Source: Octopus sinensis
Lineage: Eukaryota
DNA length: 64,000 nucleotides
Direction of reading: 5' to 3'
NCBI RefSeq assembly: GCF_006345805.1
Contig: NC_043022.1
Coordinates: 10,664,001 to 10,728,000, forward strand
Positions 25,050-36,560 of the stretch are shown here, piece after piece. A program made the translations under genes and the position numbers. The notes beneath the pieces were generated by a model. That model had not been told where the DNA came from and did not search any database. It saw only the letters and a program-made list of their open reading frames with translations. Position 1 is the stretch's first letter, and every line of letters begins with the position of its first letter.

Positions 25050-26118
25050 AAAAATATATATATACACACACACACACACATGTGTATGCATGTAAAAATA
25101 AGATGTTTACAAGTCCTTCGACAGGTCTTGTCTTTTGTTTGTCCTGTGTGTATATGTGTGTGTGTTTGAATGTATGTATGGGTGTATGTGTATATTGTAA
25201 GTGTTATGCATGTGGTTATGCATATATATAAATTATATTTAATGTGCGTGCATGCTCACACACATATTCACACAGGAACACACACACACATACACGCACA
25301 CAGATATTGTGGATACTTATTCCAATGTGATGAATCTGTTCCGATGTTTGACTTTCTGGTGATGAAGAAAACAACTATGGGTGACTGTGGACTTCAGGGT
25401 GGGAAAAGGGAAGGGTGGCAGGAAGGCAGAGTATTTGTAATTTAAGTATCTCCCTGCAACTTGGGGTACAATCCCGGCCAGCAATCAAACACAACTATCG
25501 CTGAATTACAAAAATAAAAAAAAAAAACTAATAAAAATCCTTAAACTATCTTGGGACCCTTGACCTGATTTCAGTGCTGTCAACAAAGATATATATTGGA
25601 GTGTAGGCCTGTTTGCTTTGTCCAGATTCATGGGATTCCCATGGGGGACGCGAACACTCAGCACTTACTCCGTCTCGTGAAACACTTGTTAATGATGCAG
25701 TGCTCCTGCTTCTTGCCCCATTTAGCAGTATCTATGAAAACTATAGCTTAAAATGGGTGTTCTGGAAGAGTGGGAGCTCATTAGGTAGGGTCTCTTGTTC
25801 TGTGGACATGGAGTACACAACACACACTCACACATAACACTTGACAGAAATTTCACTTTATACACACACACATGCCCAATGTAAAATTATGCCAAATGTA
25901 AAATTATGTGCATTTATATATATATATATATATATATTGTTATACTTAGGGATGGTCATATTTTGTCTATTAGACACATGCACCAATAGTGTTTGTATGT
26001 GATTGGTAAAATATGACCATTTTAAATATAACAATATTTAACACATGATTTCACATCAAGAATCTTGTAAAACAAATACATATATATGTATATATTTGTA
26101 TGTATGTATGTATGTATA

Positions 26119-27327
26119 CAGGATGCCCCAAAAAAATGCATACATGCATTGAATGATTAGAAAGTCAACATTTGTTAAAATTTATATTTCATTTTCAAAA
26201 TTCAATAGAATCTGCAGACAGTATTCATCTTTTTTATGAATGCTTGTTTTTAAACTGATGTCTGTTGATGTCCAGGCACTGCTGACAATACAAAGCAATG
26301 GAAATGCAAACATCAAGGAATCTTTTATTCAGTATTAGTGCACGTTCTTGTTCAATAGCTAACCTCTGTTTGTTGACCGTTTCCAGTTTTGTATCATACA
26401 CTTTATATTCTAAGTATCCCCATTCAAAAAGTCTTGTAGTGTGAAGTCCAGTGAATTTGGAGGGTTTTCTATTGAACCCCTTCATCCAATTCCCCCTATT
26501 TGGCAAAATCACATCAAGGTAGGCCCTTATATTACTATAGTAGTGTGGGGTGATGCCCCAGCTTGCTAGAAAGAAAACTGCACGTCTCCAAAATGCCCTT
26601 GAATGCTTGGCATGACAGATTGTTGCAGCAAGTTCAAGTGAATGGGACCAGTGACAGTACCTTCAAATTCGAATGACCCAATTAATCACTTTGATGATAA
26701 ACCATACCATACTGGTAAATTAACATGATGTTCCTTCGTAATATGTGGTTCCTCAAATCCCCACTTGGTGCAATTGTGGTAGTTAATTGAGCCATTTAAT
26801 TTAAGTGTAGCTTCATCAGTCCAAACAACCCTTATTGGAAAATGTACATCTACTCATCTTTCCAATTTCCATTCACAAAATTCCAGTCTTTGGTTCAGAT
26901 CATCTTCATAGATATCATGGATTATTCTTGGAACAGAACTTTTCCCGTGACAAATGCTTCAAAATGGGATGGACGCTTGATTTTGAAATTCCTATCTTAC
27001 AACTTGCTTGCCACACAGATATTCTTGAACTCTGATAGTACGTTACTAGTACGTTACTAGTATCCTTGTCAATGTCTGCAGAGTTCTGGAATATTTCTTC
27101 AAGACATTCTGAATAGTTCCATCTACTTCAAACTCATCTGTAATTCAAGTGATAGTAAGTCACTTGGATGGTATTCCCAAATTTCCAGCAGCACTTTGGG
27201 TTAAATTTCCTTTCTTCAAAGCTTACTTTGGCTCCTTTCATTATTTCAGATGGGTTAAAACTAAAAATAAATGAAAATTCAATTATCAGCTGATAAAGTG
27301 CGTATACATTTTTTGGGCCACCCTCTG
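26119..27327 (-). mobile_element. Decayed Tc1/mariner-superfamily transposon (DD41D/rosa-like)
   Basis: ~1.2 kb with imperfect TIRs CAGGATGCCCCAAAAAAATGCATAC / GTATACATTTTTTGGGCCACCCTCTG after TA. Minus-strand remnants read IWTDEATFKLNG, QAGASPHYYSNIRAYLD, IG*RGSIENPPNSLDFTLQDF and WGYLEYKVY...CQQCLDINRHQF. Confidence 0.8.
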
Positions 27328-27344
27328 TGTGTTTGTATTATGTA

Positions 27345-27404
<60 letters not shown>

Positions 27405-27824
27405 TATATATATATAATGTGTTATTGTATGTGTGCGAAAGTGAGTGTGTGTGTTCATACAACATACATACGTACATACATCCATATACACACACAAAAT
27501 ATAATCTATTTGGTTATTTGTTTTTTTTTTAATAATGCAATTTGGAATCCATGTCCATAGCAGAATTTTACCAAACAGCAACACAGGAAAACAAATGTAA
27601 CAATGTTTATAATTATAGCTCTATTTCTTTTATATAAATTCCTCTTTCTTTTTCTTCTTTTTAGTCTTCTTTTTCTTGGATCTTGAATACATCACCCCAC
27701 TGTTGAGCCTGGTTTTATATGTGTATGTTTGTGTGTGTGTGTGTGTTTGTTGTACTGTTCCATTATCAACAAAAAAAGTACTTCATCTAATGGGGGATGA
27801 ATATTATTTAATACACATTTTGAT

Positions 27825-28203
27825 AAGCGCAGGAGTGGCTATGTGGTAAGTAGTCTGGGTTCCAGGTTCAGTTCCACTGCATGGCACCTTGGACAAGTGT
27901 CTTCTACTATAGCCTCGGGCCGACCAAAGCCTTGTGAGTGGATATGGTAGATGGAAACTGAAAGAAGCCCGTCGTATATGTACTTATATATATATATGTG
28001 TGTGTGTGTATGTATATGTTTATGTCTGTGTTTGTCCCCCCCAACATCGCTTGACAACCGATGCTGGTGTGTTTACATCCCCATAACTTAGCGGTTCGGC
28101 AAAGGAGACCGATAGAATAAGTACTAGGCTTACAAAGAAAACGTCCTGGGGTCGATTTGCTCGACTAAAAGGTGGTGCTCCAGCATGACCACAGTCAAAA
28201 GAG
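27825..28203 (+). mobile_element. Composite tRNA-derived SINE (family A)
   Basis: Homologous to 11870-12243. Confidence 0.8.
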
Positions 28204-31200
28204 TAAGTGTAAGCATGGCTGGGTGGGTAAGAAGTTTGTTTTCCAAACATATGATATTAGGTTCAATCTCACTGCATGGCACTGTAGGCAAGTGTTTTTT
28301 CTACTACTGTAGCCTCAGGCCGACCAAAGCCTTGTGAGGGAATTGAGCAAGCAGAAACTAAAGTCCATCATGTGTATATGTGTGTGTGAAAGTGATAATT
28401 GCACAGGATTTAAATGCAAGTGATTAAGTTTCATGCCTCTGATAATACAATAGTCAGACAAGCATGTATAATATGCCATGTATTACTGGGCAGTCATAGT
28501 AGTTTGCATTTAAATCCTTTGTAAATTAAATAGTGTGTGTGTATATATATATATATAAATATATAAACGTTATCGATTGCACATACACAGTGTATGTGTT
28601 TTGTTCATACACTGAATTTGCTGCGGGATAGCATCTAGAAAGCTCCCTTCACAATGCTGAGTGTTAAAGAACACCTGAATATCATAGACCAGGTAAAACA
28701 ACTTGTCTTGGCATGAATCCAAGAGTTGTAGATACCAATATTTTACCATTACTGTGGCTTAAAAATACCATGAACATGGATCACAAACATACCTACACAC
28801 ACATATATATATATAAAGATAAATTAAATAGAGAGATACTATTGACAATCCAATAATTTATATATTATTATAATATTACATGATACACTTTGATATAATA
28901 TAACATAATATTATATAACATAAACAATTATTTTTAAAAAAACCCATAAAAGACCAACAAATTGTTTCGACTTATATATATTTTCTGATATACATACCCA
29001 ATAACAGTTCCCTTATATGTATGTGTATCAGAATATGTATATGAGTTGAAACAATTTGTTGGCCTTTTATGGTTCTTTTTTAAATGCCGGTGGCACATAA
29101 AAAGCACCATTCGAATGTGGCCGATGCCAGCGCTGCCTTGACTGGCTCCTGTGCTGGTGGCACGTAAAATGCACCAAGCGATCGTGGCCGCTGCCAGCCT
29201 TCCCTGGCACGTAAAAAGCACCCACTACACTCATGGAGTGGTTGGCGTTAGGAAGGGCATCCAGCTGTAGAAACACTGCCAGATCAGACTGGAGCCTATT
29301 GCAGACCCCGGTCGAACCGTCCAACCCGTGCTATCACGGAAAACGGACGTTAAATGATGATGATGAATTGTTTATGTTATACTATATCAACATATATCAT
29401 GTAATATAATATAAATAAATTATTGGATTGGCAATAGTATCTCTCTATTTAATTTATCTTTATACCAATATTTATACGGTATTCAACTGACGTACCAGTG
29501 AATTGGATGTTTAACACACCCCTTTGAATATATATATATATGTGTGTGTGTGTGTATGTATATATATATATATATATGTGCATATCTTTCTGTCTGTGTT
29601 TGTCCCCCCAACATCGCTTGACAACCGATGCTTGTGTGTTTACGTCGCCCGTAACTTAGCGGTTTGGCAAAAGAGACCAATAGAATAAGTACTAGGCTTA
29701 GAAAGAATAAGTCCTGAGGTCGATTTGCTCGACTAAAGGCAGTGCTCCAGCATGGCCACAGTCAAATGACTGAAACAAGTAAAAGAGTATATGGTGCCCA
29801 GCATGGCCGCGGCCTTCGGGCTAAAACATTTTTAAGGATTTGTGAAAAGGGCAGACGTTGCCGGTGACATGTACAAGACACCCAGTACACTCTGTGGAGT
29901 GGTTGGCTTTAGGAAGGGCATCCAGCTGTAGACACCAAGCCAGCATAGACTGGAGCCTGGTGCAGCATACCAGCTCCAGGGAATCTATCTAACCCATGCC
30001 AACGTGGAAAATGGACATTAAATGATGATGATGATGATATATGTGTGTGTGCGTGCATTTATATCTACATAGCGAAGGCATTTGCTTCACAACCACATTG
30101 TTCTATGGTTCCACTGTCCAGAGTTTTATATGAATGTCTCCTACTCACCCTGGTGTTGACCAATGCCTTATGAGTGGAATTTGATAGATAGAAAGTGTAT
30201 AGAAGCAAGTTTTTGGCATATGTGTGTATATACGGTGGGGCGTCACAGAAGGGAGGTGACTCTTGGAAGATTAGTTGGTTCCACCATTCATGGGTTGGCT
30301 GTGCTAAAAAGGAAATTCAGAAAAGTATGGCATCAATATATGCAGGTAGGAATTTTTGACAAATAACCGACACAGGTTGAAACAAATCATTTCCAACAAA
30401 ACATAACACTGCCAGATCAGACTGGAGCCTGGTGCAGCCTCCTGGCTTCCCAGACCCCGGTCGAACCGTCCAACCCATGCTAGCACCGAAAACGGACGTT
30501 AAATGGTGATGATGATGATATGTGTGTATTTGTGTACATATATGTGGAGCATGTGACTTCATGGCTGGGGTATTACTCCTGATCATAAGATTGTAGTTTC
30601 AATTCCTGCACTGGGTGATACATTGTATTCTTGAACAAAACACTTCCTTTCAGATTGCTCCAGTCCACTCAGCTAGCAAAAATAAGTATTTCCTGCGATG
30701 GACTGGATTCCTGTCCAGGGGGTAAAATGTATATCCCATGAAAACCAGGAAATTGGCCCAGTGAGTCTGTATGACTTGGGAAGGATCTTTATCCTTAACC
30801 TTATATATATGTGTGTGTTCATTTTTGTCGTTTTTAGTCTGTTAGATGTATACTTACTATTGAGCCATTGTATTACAGTTGAATGCTCTTCCTGTTGCTA
30901 ACCCTTACCTGTTTTTCCAGTAAGAAACCTTTTATTCTGCACATCTTCAAGAGCAGAGAACTAACGGAATTGTTAACAAAGTTTATCAATTGTACTGAAG
31001 TATAGAATGTAACCATTCATGTTTGCTCATACCTGCACTTGATGGTCTTTGTAGAGTTTCTGTCTACCAAATTCACAAGGCATCGGTCATCCTGGGACTA
31101 CAGTGAAAGACACTTGTACAGCGTACCACACAATGGGACTGAACCCAAAACTACAGAGTTGAGAAGCTAACCTCTTAATAACCCAGATATATCTGCACCA

Positions 31201-32084
31201 TTTCATATGCATAGGTATATATATATATATTTGTGTGTGTGTATATATAGGCATGGGCGTGTGCTAAGAAGCTTGCTTCCCAGCCACATAGTTGCAGGTT
31301 CAGTTCCACTGCATGGCACATTGGGCATGTGTCTTCTACTTTCATCTCTTTGTGGAGATGATTTTATTCTTTTACTTGTTTCAGTCATTTGACTGTGGCC
31401 ATGCTGGGACACTGCCTTGAAGGATTTTAGTTAAACAAATTGACCCCAGGAATTATTTTTATTAAGCCTGGTACTTATTCTTTCGGTCTCTTGCTGAACC
31501 ACTAAGTCACGGGGACATAAACATATCAACACTGGTTGTGGAGTAAAGGTGGGAGACAATCAGAGACACACACATATATATATATTTGAATAAGATAGCG
31601 TCAACATGTCTTCACACAAAATAGTTCTTCATACATACAGAAATTTGATTATGCAACAGTTTACCTGTATAATGGGATCCCATTGTAGTTCTTCAGGTGA
31701 TATTCAATTACTGTCCCCAATAGTTACAAAACCTTCGACCTCGATGCTAGCACATCCGTCTGCCTTGTTTGAATTGATAGACGATGGCAGTTTCAATCTG
31801 CTTGCTCTTAATGTGTTTCTGCATACTTGATATGAATAGTATTGGATGTATTTGGCTGTTTATTTTGTTCCTCATGTTAGACTGCACGTGTGAAATTTTA
31901 TTATTTGACCTTCAGTATTCGTTGGTTCAGAAACATACACAGCCTCCCCATAAATATATATATTCATGTATACATGCCCACATAAACATCCAGATACACT
32001 CACATAACTTCATATATATATACAATCATGTATATATACACATATACATCTCTGGACACCCCTATATATATAAGGTCAAATAAT

Positions 32085-32474
32085 AGGCGCAGGAGTGGCT
32101 GTGTGGTGAGTAGCTTGCTTACCAACCACATGGTTCTGGGTTCAGTCCCACTGCATGGCATCTTGGGCAAGTGTCTTCTGCTATAGCCTTGGGCCGACCA
32201 AAGCCTTGTGAGTGGATTTGGTAGACGGAAACTGAATGAAGCCTGTCGTATATATGTATGTGTGTGTATATGTTTGTGTGTCTGTGTTTGTCCCTCTAGC
32301 ATTGCTTGACAACCGATGCTGGTGTGTTTACGTCCTCGTCACTTAGCAGTTCGGCAAAAGAGACCGATAGAATAAGTACTGGGCTTACAAAGAATAAGCT
32401 CTGGGGTCGATTTGCTCAACTAAAGGCGGTGCTCCAGCATGGCCACAGTCAAATGACTGAAACAAGTAAAAGAG
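32085..32474 (+). mobile_element. Composite tRNA-derived SINE (family A), least-diverged copy
   Basis: AGGCGCAGGAGTGGCTGTGTGGTGAG head, internal TATG/TG repeat, tail ending GAAACAAGTAAAAGAG. Confidence 0.85.
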
Positions 32475-33329
32475 TAATATATGCATACATATATATACAC
32501 ACAGACATATGCATACTTATATACATACATCAATCAACAAATACATTCATCCTTATACATACATGCACATACATTTATTTACATATATGCATGTACATAA
32601 GTATATTTCTGGGCACTCCAATATATATACATATACATATGGGATGGGAAGGATGGGAGGTGGGGAAACTGAATTATAATTATCATTTTTATACACCTTG
32701 GAATTTACTCATTACTCAGCAGTATACTCAAGGCAAAGGTCAAACTTTCCTGAAACGTTTCTGGTGTGCTAAATATTCTGGAGAACAATTCTTAGTGGTT
32801 GAGACCATAGCGGATCTTCTTCTAGCATAAGGGTTTCTACTTAGTTGTTAAAAACTTCCCACTTATATTTATGTATAAAATACTATTTACTGAATCTCAG
32901 TTTTTCTATATGCTAGACCACTGGTGTTAAAATTGATGTTATTGAATTAATATCCAATTTTTCACCCTCATTTTTATTTCATATATATATATATTAAATT
33001 CAACTTAGGTTGAAAGTCAACAAACAAAGATAATCTGTATCTTTTAATACATCTCAACGTTTCTAAAGCAAACTTTGTTGACTTTCAATGTAAGTTGAAT
33101 TTAATGTATGATAGCGTCTTATAAAGCTAGATTTATTTATCCTAAAATCTTTGAGGAATTTGTCACTGGGCAGTTTAGCTTAATGGTAATCACAGGGATG
33201 TGAGTTCGAGTCTCATGGCTGGTCACCAACAGATTTTTCTGAAAAATACAGATAGTTTATCCCATTCATGCTATATTATCAGCATTATCCTGCGTTTGAA
33301 AATAAAATTATTTCTTTATCTGTATCTTC

Positions 33330-33790
33330 CATGCCAGTGGCACCATTCGGGTGTGATCATTACCAGCATCGCCTTACTGGCACTTGTGCCCATGCTAGTA
33401 GGGTGCCAAGAGCACCATCCGAGTGTGATCATTACCAGAGCGGCTAACTGGCTTCCATGCTGGTGGCACGTAAAAGGCACCATTTGAGCATGATTGTTAC
33501 CAGCGTCGCCTTACTGGTACTTGTGCCGGTGGCATGTGTAAAAAGATTTGAGCGAGGTCATTGCCAGTACCGCCTGACTGGCCCCATGCTGGTGGCACGT
33601 AAAAAGCATCCACTACACTCTCGGAGTGGTTGGCGTTAGGAAGGGCATCCAGCTGTAGAAACTCTGCCAGATCAAGTTTGGAGCCTGGTGCAGCCATCTG
33701 GTTCACCAGACCTCAGTCAAAATCGTCCAACCCATGCTAGCATGGAAAGTGGATGTTAAATGATGGTGATGATGTTGATGATGATGATGA
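33330..33790 (+). mobile_element. RTE LINE 3' UTR fragment with internal tandem repeats and (GAT)n tail
   Basis: Same sequence directly follows the RTE ORF at 43330-43815. Other copies: + at 29080-29365, 34480-34670, 38560-39075, 61393-61840; - at 20425-20760, 21060-21245, 36155-36365, 55710-56050, 60715-60880. Confidence 0.7.
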
Positions 33791-36368
33791 TATATACATA
33801 CACACACACACACACATGACGGGCTTCTTTCAGTTTTCATCTACCAAATCCACCCACAAAGTTTCAATCAGCCCACAGTTATTACAGCAGACATTTGCCC
33901 AAGGCACTACTCACTGAGACTGAACCCAGCACCATGTGGTTGGGAAGCAAGCATCTTACCACACAGCCACACCTGGTATCTGCTCAAAAGATATGGATAG
34001 CCTGACAAATTGATGGAGATAGGTAGTTTCATCTGTAGTAATGATTACTGCAGTCTCTCTCCCTCCCCCTACAGTGTGGCATCTTGGCCTTCTTTTTTGG
34101 TTGCTCATGGAGTAAAGCAGGACTATGTACTCATTCTAATGTTGTTTGAAACATTTCTAGGAACCTTTGTTGAAAATATGGCAGGTGAACTAATGGCTAG
34201 AGAGTACACCAGCACAAGAATGGCTCTTGGTTTGTTGTGCATATTTAAAAGTCCCATGATAACATGTACCTCTGATCACCTCTGGTTACTCAGTGTACAG
34301 TAGGGGTGGGGATATTCTTTGGAAGATATCCAGAAAACTGAATTTTTTTTAATGGACAGTAATAGTGTTGTAGCTACTGATTAACAAATTTCAGTTGATA
34401 TATAATTGAAGTCACATATCAACTGGAACCTGGAGTGCCAGGACTTGCACCTCTGCTCATCCTGATAGCAAATACAAGGCTCGTAAAAAAGCGCCCACTA
34501 CGCTCGTGGAGTGGTTGGCGTTAGGAAGGGCATCCAACTGTAGAAACACTGCCAGATCAGACTGGAGCCTGGTGCAGCCTCCTGGCTTCCCAGACCCCAG
34601 TCAAACCGTCGTCCAACCCATGCTAGCATGGAAAATGGACGTTAAACGATGATGATGATGATGATGATATATATATATCAAGAGAGAGAGAGAGAGATGT
34701 GGGTTTGGGGAGGGAGACATCAGAATCTCTGCCGACCAGCCCAACCAGCCTGCCAGCCAGTCTGTCAGTCTCCACAATTTTGTTGACAATTGCTTCTTTT
34801 TTTTTTACATTATTTATTTCTGTTTTCGCTTTCATTTGTTTTATTTTTATCCTCAAAGCAGGAAAGATGGAGTCGAATTAACTGATCTCTTACATCCGGT
34901 CCAGTGCCATCTCTGAATCTCTTCTCTTAATGTGTTGTTTTTAAACACCCCACCCCCCACCTCCTCTCCGTTCTCTTTCCTCCTGTTCTTCCCACCCCCA
35001 ACCTGGCCGTCGCCGCCACCACCACGGCAGCAATTTGTTCACCATTTCACCTTCTGTCATATATAATGGACCACAACACACTGGTGTCACATTCAAATAG
35101 CGGCCAATTTTGTCAACATCATTAATTCAGAAGCAGTAATTATGTCTGTCTGTGAGACTGTGTGTATGTTCGGTTATTGCAATGTGTGTGTGTGTGTGTG
35201 TGATCATATCTGGGTTTATGTGTGCATGTATCTGTGTGTATATAAATATATGTGTGTGTATGCATATATACATATATTATATATAGTTGTGCACATATTT
35301 ACATATATTTGTGTGCATATATACATATATTTATATGTGTATGTATATATATTTATATTTATATCTGTATGTATATATATTTATATGTAGAGATACACAT
35401 ATTTATATGTATGTATGTGTGTATATATATATATATACATATATATAGGTACATAAATTTCTGTGCTTAGATACACATATGTATATATATATATATGTGT
35501 GTATGTATGTGTATACACAGACATTATTAGTGAACACATTTCCTCTTTCTCTTCCTCTATTTCTGTCTGCCTATTTTATATTATCTTACATACAATACAT
35601 AACAAGCTAATCTATATATTTACCCACTTCATCTTATCTATCGCTGTCTGTCTCCTCACCTTTTTGTCTTTCCAATCTGAGAATGTGATCTAAATATATA
35701 TAGAGAGACAGACAGACAGATACACATATTCATAAATACATTGAAAATGCAGTTATTTCAACTGGATATTTATAAATAATTCATAAACAGCATAAAATGA
35801 TATTTTGCAGCAAAAAAAAAATCCAAAAAAGCGTTAAATAAAATTAGATAAAACATTTGTAATTTTAATCAGGTGATATAGATGGAGGTTGAACTTGGTT
35901 CTTTGAATTTTTGTTCTAATGTCTTTTTATCATTCAAATATTGAAACTTTAGCATCTACTTTCTCCACCTTTGCTGACTGCTGTGTTTCTCCATCTTATT
36001 CAACCACTACTCACATCGAGGGAGCGGTCTTCTACCTCACCTTCTCTAGTCTTGAATAGCTCACAATTAAAAAGATCTATAAATGTTAGGCTTCACAATC
36101 TTATGTCATGGTAGCATTCCTATACATGTATATGTGTGTGTGTGTAAGTGTGTATATCATCATCATTGTTTAATGTCCGTTTTCCATGCTGGCATGGGTT
36201 GGATGGTTTAACAGGAACTGACAAGCAGGAGAGCTGCACCAGGCTCCAACTGTCTGTTTTGGCATGGTTTCTACAGCTGGATGCCCTTCCTAATGCCAAC
36301 CACCTTACAGAGTGTACTGGATGCCTTTTATGGGGCACTATCACAGGTGTATTTTATGTGGCACCAGC

Positions 36369-36400
<32 letters not shown>

Positions 36401-36403
<3 letters not shown>

Positions 36404-36560
36404 AGAGTTTCTGAGAAAAACAAAAGACGAAGACAGGTGGTGTACAAAACAAACAGATGTATTAGTATAACGCTCAGGAATAGAAAAAATCTTTTACATT
36501 TCGAGCCTACGCTCTTCTACAGAAAGGGACAGAAAAAACAAGGAGAAAAAAAAGGAATAT
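36401..36560 (-). mobile_element. Penelope-like terminal-repeat fragment with a degenerate hammerhead-like motif
   Basis: Minus strand reads CTTT-CTGTAGA-A-GAGC-GTAG-GCTC-GAAAT-GTA-AAAG; embedded in (TA)n. Similar motif at 61241-61276. Confidence 0.45.

Noticed and set aside
31600-31930. Non-repeat stretch with a minus-strand donor-like CAG|GTAAAC and short frames
   Set aside because: All frames are interrupted by stops and resemble no family I recognise.
33330-33610. Regularly spaced repeats resembling a CRISPR array
   Set aside because: Eukaryotic context; units are degenerate tandem repeats in an RTE 3' UTR with no unique spacers and no cas genes.
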